Positions 14,061-29,260 of a stretch of DNA of 64,000 bases are shown here, in pieces. Each line of letters starts with the position of its first letter. Positions within the stretch are counted from its first letter, which is position 1. Under the pieces are notes generated by a model. That model was not told where the DNA came from. It saw nothing but the letters and a program-made list of their open reading frames with translations, and did no database searches. A program made the translations under genes and the position numbers. Source of the stretch: the human T2T-CHM13v2.0 reference genome, Homo sapiens; assembly GCF_009914755.1 (NCBI RefSeq), contig NC_060925.1. One strand, given 5' to 3'.

Positions 14061-15450
14061 TGAAGGAGTCCAGGGAAGTTCACCCCAAAATGTTGAAACC
14101 ACCTTTGCAAAGATTATGACAGTGAGAGAAGCCTGGCATGGCTGACTCTATCTTGCTTCTAGCCTCACAGGCTGGCTGTTCTGTCTCATTCCTGGGCATA
14201 GGCCAAGCTAATCTTGGGAGGGATTTATGGTTTAACTTTGAAGCCAGGATCATAATTGTCCCTCCCTAAAACTGACCCCTTTCTTGTTCAGGGACTGAAA
14301 CTGCCTTTGTAAGACTAATGAAAGGCCACAAAATTAGGATTATGGAAGGGGCCTGAATTCTGATAAGATGTAGGCATAGCTTGCCTTTCTGTCATCGTTT
14401 ATTGCACTGGCACTCACAAGATTTGTAACTTCCCCAATTGGTCCCATAGATAACATCACTATTGTAGAACCTCAGATTGGTCTTTTGAGATCTTTTTCAG
14501 ACTTTGGTATTCTGGTGACTGACTCCACCCAGATCCCATGACTCATGACTCAGCTGGTCCTGTGGTTCTTACCCAGTCTGACACAGCACCAGAGGACCGT
14601 TTTCCACACTTCTATCTATGATTTCATCCCCAACCAATCAGCACCACCCATTCCCTAGCCCCCTGCCCACCAAATTGATATCCATAAAAACCCTAACCTC
14701 TGAGTTCTCAGAGAAACTGATTGGAGTAATAAACTCCTGTCTTCTGTGTGGCTAGCCTTATGTTAATTAAACTCTTTCTTAGGGCAGTACTGCTGTCAGT
14801 GAATCAGCTTTATCTGTGCAGTGGGCAAGAAGGACCCACTGGGTGACTACAATATGGCACTTTGGTATGTTGGTTATTTTAAGTTAGAGGCCTTTGATGC
14901 TGGAAGAAGCTTTACTCTGATATCTCCTTATCTACCACAAGACTGGATCTGCCAAAGAGAACACAATTGCGTTCCATTCCCTTCCTGAAATCTCATTATC
15001 TATGGCAGAAAAGAAGACTGGGGAATGTAATACACAGTATTACACAGTAATGTAACATACTACACAGTATTTACACAAAACATGTAACACAGAATGTACT
15101 ACACAGTATTTTCACAAAACAATATCTGTCTCTCCAACTCATTCAAATTCTAAAGAGTCATTTACACGTCAATTTGTGTCTTCTACGCCCATTCATTCTC
15201 CCTAAGAATCATTTACTACTCCTCAAAAGAATTACCAACATTCTCCATCTCCCACTCCCCTATGAGGAAGGGTATATAAGTTTCTGTCTGGATCTCATTA
15301 GATGACTGTGTGATCGTGCTTCTATGATCCCTACCCCACATGTTAAATGAATTTTGTATGCCTTTTTCTTTTATCAATCTGCCTTTTGTTAGGGTATTTT
15401 CAGTGGACCTTCAGAAGGCAAAGGGGGAGCTTTCCTTCTTTGACCCTACA
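14061..15450 (+). mobile_element. MER34-family ERV1 LTR split by a nested LTR8
   Basis: TGAAGGAGTCCAGGGAAGTTCACCCCAAA|ATATGGCACTTTGG rejoins across the LTR8; ends ...GACCCTACA. Confidence 0.65.
14094..14851 (+). mobile_element. LTR8A/LTR8B-like solo LTR
   Basis: TGAAACCACCTTTGCAAAGATTATGACAGTGAGAG...GGGTGACTACA; near-TSD ATGT/ATAT. Confidence 0.75.
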
Positions 15451-15493
15451 GCTATTAGACTTGATTGAGTAAGACACACAATAATGAAAGTAA

Positions 15494-15907
<414 letters not shown>

Positions 15908-16164
15908 TGAAAAGTTTTTTGAATTCCCCCATTAGAAATGATCTTCACCCTGACTCCCATAACACTTTGTACATTACTGTAAAAGCATAATATTCAAATA
16001 TTTACAATATACCTCCTTCAAATATAAAATGGACACATGCCGAAGACTTAGCAACTCATGAAGGAGGGAACCAATAATGTAGTTAAGCTAATTCAAAGAG
16101 CATTTTGAGGAAATGAATACTTATGGTCATTTAAAAGGAAATGTTAAAATTTCTAGGTTAAAAA

Positions 16165-17765
16165 TAAAACTTGCCATTGCATATATGGTCAAATGATTTT
16201 TGACAAGGGTGCCAAGACCATTCCATGGGGAAAACACAGTCTTTTCAACAAATCGTGTTGGGAAAACTAGATATCCATGTTCAAAAGAATGAACCCTTAC
16301 CTTAGCTTCCACCATATACAAAAATTAACTCAAAATGGATCAAAGACTTAAGCATAAGAGCTAAAATTATAAAATTCTTAGAAGAAAACATAGGGAAAAA
16401 GGTCCATGGTATTATATTTGACAATGACTTTTTTTTTTTTTTTTGAGGCAAGATTTCACTCTGTCACCCTGGCTGGAGTTCAATGCAGTGGCACAATCTC
16501 AGCTCACTGCAACCTCCACCTTTCAGGCTCAAGCAATCCCCCTACCTCAGCCCCTAAGTAGCTGAGACTACAGGCATGCACCACCAAGCACAGCTAATTT
16601 TTGTATTTTTGTACAGAGTTTCGCCATGTTGCCCAGGCTGGTCTCGAACTCCTGAGCTCAAGCTATTCACCTGCCTCAGCCTCCCAAAGTGTTGGGATTA
16701 CAGGTGTGAGCCACTGTGCCCAGCCCTGACCCCCACATTTTTAAACAAAGCTTCTCTTCCATAATCAATTGCAAATCAGAAGATCTTTGAATCTATCTGC
16801 AGCCTGCAAGCCCCCTATTCAAGACATCCCACCCTTTTAAACTTAAGCCAATGTGTAACCTCCTGGCAATCAATTTTGCAATTTATGATTTTGCCTGTAG
16901 CTTCTGCTGTTCTGAAATTTATTCCTGCCTCTAAAAATCCTTGCCGGCAAGCCACTGGGGAGGCTAGGTTTTGAGCACTTAGCTGTCTGGTCTTCCTTAC
17001 TTAGTGCTCTGCAATAAACACCTTCCTTTCTATCACCACAAAATCCTGGGTGTGGGTATCTGGTTTTACTGTGTTGGGTGAGCAGACCTCAGTTTGGTTC
17101 TGTTACAAGTCCCTGCTCCATCTCACTTGCTACAACATGAATGAAACTTGAGGACATTATGCAAAATGAAATAAGCCAGTCACAAAAAGACAAATACTGT
17201 ATTATTCCACTTATATGAGGTACTTATGATAGACAAAATCATCAAGACAGAAGGTATGATGGTTGCCAGGGGTTGAGGGAAGACAAAATAGGGAGTTATT
17301 GTTTAATGGGTGAGAAGTTTCAGTTTTGCAAGATGAAAAGTGTTCTGGAGATGGATGGTGGTGATGGTTGCATGACATAAATGTGCTTAATACCACTGAA
17401 CTGTTCTTAACTCCACTGAAATATGGTTAAGATGGCCCGGGTGCAGTGGCTCATGCCTGTAATCCTAACACTTTGGAACGCCGAGGCGGGCAGATCACCT
17501 GAGATCAGGAGTTCGAGACCAGCCTGACCAATATGGCGAAACCCAGTCTCCACTAAAAATACAAAAATTAGCGAGGTGTGGTGGTGCGCACCTGTAATTC
17601 AAGCCACTTGGGAGGCTGAGGCAGGAGAATTTTCTGAATCCAGGATGCAGAGGTTGCAGTGTACTGAGATCGTACCACTGCACTCCAGCCTGAGCAACAG
17701 AGCAAGACTCCATCTCAAAAAAAAAAAAAAGGTTAAGATGGTAAACTTTGTACCAATTAAAAAAC
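16165..17765 (+). mobile_element. Fragmented old L1M (ORF2 3' part and 3' end), interrupted by an Alu (~16429-16724, -), a MER4-group LTR fragment (~16730-17107) and an Alu (~17434-17730, +; TSD GGTTAAGATGG)
   Basis: L1 motifs TTTGACAAGGGTGCCAAGACCATTC, AAAATTAACTCAAAATGGATCAAAG and GAAATAAGCCAGTCACAAAAAGACAAATACTG. Confidence 0.75.
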
Positions 17766-20700
17766 AAAGCTGGCTAACACCCTACAGGGCAATTAAAACA
17801 TCATAATCTTTGGTGTTATCTTTTTTATTAGATAGAAATTATTTATACTTACTGGATAAGATCTGTAAGTTAACACATATCTTCACAGAGTCTGAGCCCT
17901 TAATGAATAATAAATAGCCAAGTCACAGGGAGATACTTTCCCTGAGGTAATTAAGCAATCCTTGGGTAGGCTTGTGAAGAAATGCCCAGAATGACGTTGG
18001 AAGGACATGCTGTTCTCTCTTGGCCTTATTTCCAAGGTTTGGACTCAAAGTATTATTTTTTAACATCACAGAAATTTTTTATGCCCTGGTCTCTTGAGGG
18101 TAGGGACTGTGTCTTTTTCATCTTTGCCCCTTTCCACATGCTCTGGTTTGTAGAACAGAATTGAAGAAGGAGCCATGTGCTAGATAGAGCGGGTTGGGAG
18201 CAGCAGACCTGCCTGCTCATTGTTTCTGTGACCTTGACCCATCCTGTAGTCTCCCCACACCTTGCTATTCTCATCCATCAACGATGAGATTGCACCTAAA
18301 TCCTGGGTGCTGTGCTGGGCCTGGGGATGCTGTCTAATCTCTGGGTTTCCTTCTAGTTTGCTCTAATCACCCATATGAAAAAGAAGCTACTCAAGGCAAA
18401 CATATAAATGAAACGGATAATGAATGAATAGTATTTTTTCTTGCTTTCTTTGGAAGAGGCATCCTGGATTCTACTTGAAGCCTGCAGCCCTGACTCCTGG
18501 GCTGGGAGGTGGGCGAGGACTTGTATTTTGTAGCTCTGCTAGAGAGGGAACAGCTGTCCACTGGTGGCAGGACTGACGCCTCCCAGAATACAGGGGCTTT
18601 GGATCAGCAGGCGTCAGAGGGAAAGGAAACTGGCATCCGAGTCTGCCTTTGAGAAAGGAGTAAATTACTATCTTATTATAAATTCATGATCCACTCATTG
18701 CTGTTTTCAATTAATTTCTTGACAAATCTGGCTGTTCCTTTTCTTATTTTCCTTAGGACAGGAGGTGTCCTGGTGATCAGCTGGAGCTCGGGGGAGCTGT
18801 TGCTGAAATTAACTTGAGTGCTTTGGAGAGAGATTTACATGGCAGAGTGGAGCCAGGGCTGCTCCTTTGGCAGGCACTGCTGTGCCACTGTGGAGGCGCC
18901 CCTGCTTTTCCCATGCTTTGCAGTGTCTTTAAAGGCCTTTGGAGCCATGCCCAGGCTCAGCCCCATCCTGGTGTCCCCCTGTGTCCGTTTTGCCACTGCC
19001 CGGCTACTTCACTTGGCCATGGGCCTTACCAGCTTGCAGACAAACCCGTCCATCTACGCCTCCCAGCGCAGCTTGGCCCACTTGCAAGCACTTACAGAGG
19101 GTTTCAGAAGGAACATGTCTGCCATCTGTGTTTGGAGACTGTGTCCCAGACTTTTGAGCTCACATTAGTCATGGCCACAGACGGGACTGGAGTCCTGCCC
19201 ACTGGAGTCCCAAAGGTCTCTGGTGTTTGTTTTCCACTCTGCATGCCTGGGTTGGGGGATGGCAGGGGGATACAGGTTGTTGGAGTACCTCCCAGCCGGG
19301 CCGTTTCCTTGGTTCCCTGGGGCTGCCTTGCTTCCTCTCTAGATCATCAGTCTCAGCAGAGGAAACCAAAAATCTCCTCCTCGCCCCGCAACCACCTTTT
19401 GCTGACTGCTAAGCATCCCTGCTCTGAAACCATAACCACCATAAAAGCAATAGGCTTGTCTTCTCTGTTCTAAGCATGTACTATTCAGGTGATTTAGGGG
19501 GAGTAAACAGGCCCAGAGAAATTAAATAATTTGTCTAAGGGTACCGGCTAATGAGGATCTGAGCTCAGTTGTAAATGACTCCATCACCCATGCTCTTTTT
19601 TAGTCCCCTTTATAATTATTTTAAAATAACATTTAATTAATTTTCTGTTATAAAAGGAACACATGCTCAAACAAAAAACTTAGAAAATATAAAAATGTAT
19701 GAAGACAAAACAAAATAACCCCCAGTATTAGCAATGCCAACTTGCCAAGACAAAAATGTTAACATTTTTATTTCTTTTTCTTTTCAATCTTTACTCTCTG
19801 TGTGCACACACACACACAGGCAAAGTGAAATCACATTGTATATTCTTTTTTGCTTCTAGCATTTTCCACTTAGCTATCTAATATTACTATTTCCTGATAT
19901 CAATAAATGATCTTCAATCCCATGCTTAACTCTTCTGTCCAAGGCATGTTCTGCCCAATTTTGTTTTCTCCTGTGTCTGTTTGAATGCCTCCTTTCTGGC
20001 CTGCATCTTAGGGGGACACTGAAGTCTCCTTTCCAACAGAAGTTCTATTCAGGGGGAATCTGTTATCTTGTTTAAAGCCCATCCTGGGCTGGGGAGCAAG
20101 CAGGAGAGAGAGAGAGACACCACCCATACGTGACTAGAGTGCCATTTGTAGCAGGATGCCCCAGAGGCAGCGTGGCCCTTCACCACCACAGTTATCTGGA
20201 ACGAGCAGGAACTGTGTAGAGGAAGAGGCACATCCCCTTTTGAATGGCTGTGCCCTTGCAGCCACCTCAGTCCCTGCTTCCTGAAGGGAATCAGTTACTG
20301 GGCTCTGGGAGACAATTTTCAAAGTGAACTTCCACGGATGTGAAGGGAACCATGACCTAGAAATCTGAAGGTGCTAGGTCTTATTTTGCTCAGAGCTGAA
20401 AAGAGCCACTTTAAGAGGGCAAACATTGAGGAAAAAATGAAGAATATTTCATTTTTTAGGGAAATCCTATGAGCCTATAGGAGTCATCTTAGCCCATGTG
20501 CATGGTCACATGGCCTCTGTCCAGGATGGCCAGGACGGGGTGACTTCCTTAGAAGGGACTGGCATCTTGGGAGGCAGGCCTTTTCAGGGCTCAGCCCCAG
20601 GACTCCTTATCAAAATGTTGAAAAAAAAAGTTTATTCCATGGACTTCTAGAAATGGGGAAAGCATTGATGGGTTATAACTCAATTCTCAACACCAACAAT

Positions 20701-21177
20701 CCATAACTCTCAAAGAAGATCTATGACTCCAAAAGGGTGACCTGAATCAGGAGGCTTATAATTGCATTGCCAAAGTGCAATGTGATCAGAGGCAGAAACA
20801 TAACTAGGACCTCCCACAAGGAGTTGAAACTCCCTTTATCCTGGGCCTGTGGTTATCTCATTGATATTTTCCACTGTAGGTGAATTATTTCATTGTAGAG
20901 TCCCCTATTTAGAAAATACATGGCATGTGTGCCAGCATTTTCCTATCCTGCACCCATGGCAGGCATCACCAATCAACATTGGCACCCTCCCCACTGAGCC
21001 TAGAAGCAGCTTCAGACTCAGTCTCAACATACTTCTCCAGGCAGCCATTACGAATCAGTCAGCACTGACCTGGAATGAAATCCTTTGACATTCCTGAATT
21101 AGTTTATAATCACAAGCAGGAATTGTATATCAAGTTCTTATTAGATAGAATACTTAGAAGGCCCTTAGGTTGGTTCA

Positions 21178-22861
<1,684 letters not shown>

Positions 22862-25688
22862 TGATCCCCACTCAATCTTGTGGGTTTGTAATAGCAGCAC
22901 AGAAAAGCTGTGTTGAACCGTGGCACATCTGTTAGCTTTTCCAGGTGCTCAGGAGGAGAAGGTGAACTGGCTGTGTGTAGTATGGTAAATAAAGGGGCCG
23001 GGCTACCTTTCAGAGGTTTGGCACACTGAATGACTTATGCCCTGACCAGAGACCTGGGCTAGGAACTTAGCTCCATGGCCTGGATGCCTGGGACCTTGGT
23101 CCGATTTGCAAACACAACAGCTCCACAGGAAGAAGCTTTGTCACAATAGTTATTATTATAGCAACCATCCAGAGGATGCTGCATCCTAAATATCCCTCAG
23201 CAGTAGTCCAGGTAAGAAGCACACCTGACTATGTATGCTCTTCTCTGCTTCAGAACCCTTCAGGGAGCTCCACTGCCTATAAGGAAAAGTCCACATCTGG
23301 GCACTTGGGTCTCCACGAGCTTCTGCCTGCTTATGGCTCCAGTCTTACCTCTCACTGCTTCCTGCATTAAACGTTTGCCCTAAACATTGAACTGGGTTCA
23401 TTGTTGCATGTTCCCCTTCACCCCCAAATCAGACTTTGCTCATCCCCAGGATACCTTTCAACTTCCCCCACCTCCCCACCTGCCTAACACCACCACTCAC
23501 TAACAAGGAGCTGTGCTCCGAAGCTTGTGGACAGCTGTGTCATGGAGGAGCTGCCGTGCTCTGTCCAGAGGGCTGTCTCTTGAGCACAGAGACTGAGCCT
23601 TCCCCACCTCTCTAGCCTCTAGTCCCAAGCACAGCCTGCCCCCTGGTAGCCCCTAGGAAATTTCCACCAAATGCATGCAAGGTCTTGCAGCTGCCCCACA
23701 GCTTGACATCCCACTTCCTCCTGAGCCTCCCCCTCCACTGTCTTCTATCCTCTGCTCAAAGCCCTTAACCGATGCCCCGGTTTTTCAAGGGCAGCTTCTT
23801 CAGTGTTGTTTGTTCATTCACTCAACTAACAAGGGCTGACCATGCATCGGCCTTGAGGGACTGAGGAACAAAGGTGCTCACACTCTGATGGGAGGCACAC
23901 GGAAGCAGTGGCAATAAAATCTGTAAAGTCTTCTGTGAGAAGTTAAAGAGAAAATGCTAGAGGATCCCAGAGGAGGAAGCTACTGCTGACTGTGTGGTGG
24001 CTCCTCCCCAGCCTCGTACCCTGACTCTCACTCTTCAGCCTGCCCCAGTTCCCCTCTAAGCTACACCTTCTCCAGGAAATCGCAGCACACCCATGGCATC
24101 CACCTTTCCACTGAAGACTCCTGAGTATTCAGCCCCAACCTCTCTCTGAGGATTAGAGAAGTTAGGTAACCTGGCCAAGGCCACACAGCTAGGGGCAGCA
24201 GGGATGGCGCTCTCCTAGGACCATGCTGCACTCCTCCAAATCTGCTCCTTGCTCCCCTCCCATCCATCTCCACCTTCTTTGCCCTGCTGTGTGTCCTGGG
24301 AGGCTGATCTGTGAGGATGTCTTGGTGGCTGCCTTCGGTGGATTTGGCTAGTAACCCTCAGAGGAGTGGAGGAAAGGAGGAACATGAAACCGGGGAATTA
24401 ACTCCTCTGTCATGCTCCCAGCAAGACCACCTAGGTTGGCTGTCCCTTGGCAGAAGGGGATCCTCTCAAGGGAGCTTCTCTACAAGACCCTCTCCTTCTG
24501 GTCCAGGTAGCTGTTCTCCTCCTGGTCTTCTGGCTGGGTGATGGGAGAAGCTCCTTCACTCCACTGCTACTGGCTCTAGGTTACTGCATTAGTCCTGCCT
24601 TTATCCGACACCACGCTCACACCTTTGTGAAAACACCCTCTGTGCATTATCCTAGTTTGAGTGGCTCCCTCTTTCCTGCGGGCCCGGGGCTGATGCATGC
24701 TCCTTCTGCATGTCCTGGATTGGCGAATAGCATCAATATCTGTACAGCTCTCCAGGCCCCAACCTTAACCATCTCCTATTCTTCTTTCTCTCTCATCCTA
24801 CTCTAGGACCTGAAAGCCTCTGAAGTTCACTCCTTCGGCCCCACTCCCTTCCTGCTGCCTTTGGGCTCTCCTCATGTGACTCTGCCTGTTGAAACTGTCT
24901 GCTAGCTGGCCCAGCATCTCCAGGCATGGCCTCACTCATCCACCTCTCCCTTGCTGAAGGTCTCCTCATGTAACACACGATTCCTTTAGATGGTCCTTCA
25001 TCACCAGCAAGATGAAACCTAAATTCATTGGCATGGTAGACAAAACTCTAGCCTTGCCTCCCAGAGGCCAGTCTCTGTCTCCGCCACTCCCCAGGTGGAC
25101 TGCATTGTGTTTCTGCTGCCATAAACATAATTTATTCTGACTGGAACATCTTCTGTGCATGTCTGCAGAGTGCACTTCACTCCCCCTGCAGTTCAAGCAT
25201 CCTTCCTCCACAAAGCCTTTTCTTTTGATCACTGCAGGACCTGTAAAAGCTATCCTGGGATAGCCTGTATTTACTGGACTGAAATGATCTGTTTGCCTAT
25301 CAATTTCCCCAAATGATATATGGCAAGGAGTAGTTGAATCTAAGAGCAGATCTCAAAGCCTATGTCCTTTCCATTGCCTTGTACCCTGCTCCCCTCAAGA
25401 ATACCTATTTTTTGGGGTTGGTGGGAGGATCATGTGAGATAATGCATGGGCAGTGCCTGGCACACAGTAAGTGCTCAATAAATACTGTTATAAATGGGCG
25501 ACCAGGCTGGGAGCTCCTCGCCTTATCTCTTTCCTGTGTATCTCTCAGTCCTTCGAATCTCCTGCCTCCTCTACCCAGAGTATGTTTCTGGGGGTTACAA
25601 ATTTTTGAGGCTCCCGGTTAGAGATGAAGATCCCATTAGCGAAGATTGAATATCGGACTAGCTGTCAGGAAGCTCAGCTTGTTAGGTC

Positions 25689-25794
25689 AGGAAGGGAAGG
25701 GAAGGGAAGGGGAAAGGGAGAAAGAAAGAAAGAAAGAAAGAGAGAAAGAAAGAAAGAGAAAGAAGGGAAGGAAGGAAGGGGAAAGGAAGGAAGG

Positions 25795-25843
<49 letters not shown>
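25689..25843 (+). repeat. Compound microsatellite (GGAA/GAAA purine tract, (AT)n, poly-T) abutting the tail of a minus-strand AluS (~25848-26131)
   Basis: Directly visible. Confidence 0.9.
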
Positions 25844-25854
25844 CCCTGAGATAG

Positions 25855-25956
<102 letters not shown>

Positions 25957-27713
25957 TGAGTAGCTGGGATTACAGGCGTGCACCAACACACCCGGCTAAT
26001 TTTTATATTTTTAGTAGAGACAGGGTTTCATCATGTTGGTCAGGCTGGTCTCGAATTCCTAACCTCAAGTGATTCACCCGCTTCAGCCTCCCCAAGTGCT
26101 GGGATTACAGGCGTGAGCCACCGCGCCTGGCCCGGAGAGAAAAATGTTATAGGCAGGTGTGTGTGTGCGTGATTGTGTCCAAGTGCTAAGGACGTGCTAT
26201 TCATGGGGTGCAGGAAGATGGATCTTGCTTCTCCAGTAGTCTTGTCTACCTGCAGGTCTCATCAGGCCATATCTCCAAACTTCTACTTGCTTTGGAAATC
26301 TCACATGGAACCTTCCCAGGATCAGGAAAAAAAAAAAAATTAAGTAGAGTACCTTAATTCTATGACTCTACTTGACTAGCACTGAGAGATCTTGACCACT
26401 TAAAACATTCATTTATTTCCCACATACCTGGCAAAATTCTGTTTTGCCACAGGCCCTGCTGCCGTGCAAGGTTTTGTTACATGGCGGTGGAATTTCACTA
26501 TTAGGGGAATCCCCTACAGTTCAACCTGTAGAAGCAGAAGGAAGGAGCAGATATCCAGTCATGTGGGGGTACATGGGATTATAGGGCTTCTCCTCCTAGC
26601 CTAGTGGGATAGAGTTGATAAAAAGGACAACTGTTATCTACCCCATCTCCTCCCTCTCCACCCTAATGGAGGAAGAAGCTTCCTGAGAGAAGCTACTTCC
26701 TGAGCTCAGCCTTGCTTCTCTCTTCTGGAGAGTCACCCCCTCAGAGGGCCATGTTGCCCTCTCTGAGCATTTGCCAGGCTGAGCTGGGCTGGGTGGAAGG
26801 AGTGGATATAATGCCTGCCTGCCTGCCTTCTTACTATCTGCACAAGCATTGGCCTCTGAGTGAAACCCAGAGTCTCTGCTTTGGATGCTGGGGACCTGGG
26901 CATCTTTGTCCCCTTGTGTCTCCTCCTGGCGCTGGCCAGGGGCCTACAAAGTGCACTTGGCACCAACTAGTCCAAGTCCTTGGTGAACTTGTCATTTTCC
27001 TTAGTTCTCTCCATCCTCCTGGCCCTTTTAGGGACCTGTCACAGTGCCTGCTGAGAGTGATTGCCCAACAGAAGCTCCTCCTGCACTCTCAGCCCACAGT
27101 GGGGGCAGGGGCAGGCCGAAAGGCTGGAGAGTGAGAGAAAGCCACCTGCTGGGAGGTTCTGGCTTTGTTGCTGCCACTGACTCAGCCCCAGGCCTTTCCC
27201 CGTGTGACCAGCCCATCAGACTCACACCCCTGAGCTAACCTGCACCCAGGCCTTCCTGGCAGTACAGACTCACGCTCAGGACAGTGTTTCATGCCTGTCT
27301 TTCTAAGGAGTTTCTGTAGGATTTCAACATGTGATCTCCCTGCCCTGCTGCCCTCAGAGCTACTCATGTGACTCTGTTTCCTTCTTTTCAGTCTTTTAAA
27401 ATTGTGGTGAAATGCGAATAACTTAGAATTTACTATTTTAACCATTTTTGAGTGTACGATTCAGTGGCATTAAGTATTTTCCTTTCTTTTCGCTCCTGGC
27501 AGCCTTATCAATAAAGCGGTGGTCCTGTCTGTTTCCCCCCAGGCCACAGGGTGGGTGTCGGGGGTCAACTTGGATGCCCAATATCTCCCATTTGGATGAA
27601 AAGTTTCTATTCTGACAACCACCCATCTGAAAAATGTAAACTTCCATGGAATCTGCCTTCCTTCAGCAGGCAGCTAATGGGAGGCTTTTTAAATTAAGAA
27701 ATTAGAGTGAGTT

Positions 27714-27997
27714 GGCTGGTCACAGTGGCTCACAATTGTAATTCCAGCACTTCGGGAGGTCGAGGCAGGCAGATCACTTGAGGTCAGGAGTTCGAGACGA
27801 GCCTGGCCAACGTGGTGAAAACCCGTCTTTCCTAAAAATACAAAAATTAGCTGGGTGTGGGGGCATGCACCTGTAATCCCAGCTACTCAGGAGGCTGAGG
27901 TTTGAGAATCGCTTGAACCCGAGAGGTGGAGGTGCCACTGCACTCCAGCCTGGGCAACAGAGCAAGACTCCGTCTAAAAAAAAGAAAGAAAAAAAAA
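27714..27997 (+). mobile_element. AluS with a small internal deletion in the right arm; TSD AGAGTGAGTT
   Basis: GGTGGAGGTGCCACTGC lacks the TGCAGTGAGCCGAGATC segment. Confidence 0.8.
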
Positions 27998-28777
27998 TAG
28001 AGTGAGTTGGTCCTGATTTCACTTACTCCTACTTTTACCAGCCTATGTGAGGAAGGAAAGAGCACTGGATCCAGAGCTTAGAACACCTTAAAGGCTGCTG
28101 GCTTCTGTGGGGCTGGCACCACTGGGGAGAGGGACTCCAGTCAGCTGGTGAAGGGCTTGGGTCCCTGGCTGCTTGGAATGGGAACTTGTCTGATCTTTCC
28201 CCAGAAGCTTGCATTTGTTTGGGATAGAGCCAATGTGCTGTCTTCGGGCAGGAGCCTGCCTCTTGATGTACTGTGTTTGTATCAGAATGCTTCTGGGTAC
28301 AAGAGATAGAGAGCCTGGCTTAAATTCAATTAACATGTGGTCAAATCAAGGATCCAGGTTCTTTCATCTTTCTGCTCTGTCATCCTCAGCATTGGCTTTT
28401 TTCCTAAGACTGGTTACTCTGATGGTCCCGACTCTCCAACTACCGATGGTGGAAGGAGAAGGGCTCCATGATTGCTTGATTCACCCAGCTGTAGAAAGAA
28501 AGAAACCACTCTCCCAAGCATAGACTTTATGGCCTTCCCTTCTGACTAATCAGGCCAGCGTAGTTCACCTGTACACCCCTGGATCATCCGCAGTTACAGG
28601 TGAACAATGTGGTGGGTTGACTGTTCAAGATGCAGTGCTAGTGCTGGGAATATGGTCAGCTTCCCCTGAAGCACAGCTTCTAAGTACCCTGGGGAATTGC
28701 ATTACCTGTAGGAGAGGTACACACTGAGCAAAACTTGGTTTCTGTTAGAGGAAAAGACTTGGGGAGTGGTCCCCTAC

Positions 28778-29260
28778 AGCAATGTTTTTCAAACTGTGGA
28801 TTGAGATCCATTAGTGGGTCATGAAATCAGTTTAGATCACAGCTTATGGGGCAAATTCAGCCTTTATTTATTTGTATGAATAAAGTTTCATTGGAACACC
28901 GCTACCCCCACTCGTTTCCTATTGTCAATGGCAGCTTTCCCACTACAATGGCAGAGTTAATTTAATTACTTGGGACAGAGATCATATAGTCATCAAAGCC
29001 TAAAATATTTACTCTCAGGCCTTTTGCAGAAAATATTTGTTGATCCCTGGTTTAGCGAGTTGCAACCAGTACTAAAAGATGAAACAGATTAGACTAGAAT
29101 AGAAAATATATCAGAGTGCATTGCCTGTGATAGGGATAAGTATTATTTCATAAACCCTTGATTTTAGTTTTATATAAACATAAATTCGTGCTTGTGGGTG
29201 CTGGGCTCTAGTTTATTTCTTATGGTGGGTCATAGTCAAATAGTTAGAAAAATTGCACTA
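28778..29260. mobile_element. hAT-Charlie DNA transposon containing a nested MER58A (~28845-29050)
   Basis: AATAAAGTTTCATTGGAACAC...AAAGCCTAAAATATTTACT...TTGATCCCTG is typical of MER58A; GTTTAG is repeated on both sides. Confidence 0.6.

Noticed and set aside
15024-15122. Degenerate TACACAGTAT repeats that look superficially like an array
   Set aside because: Short slippage expansion inside an LTR; no constant repeat-spacer period, not CRISPR-like.
19040-19120. NPSIYA...FRR resembling a GPCR TM7 NPxxY motif
   Set aside because: Wrong spacing to helix 8 and no supporting TM helices or other class A motifs.
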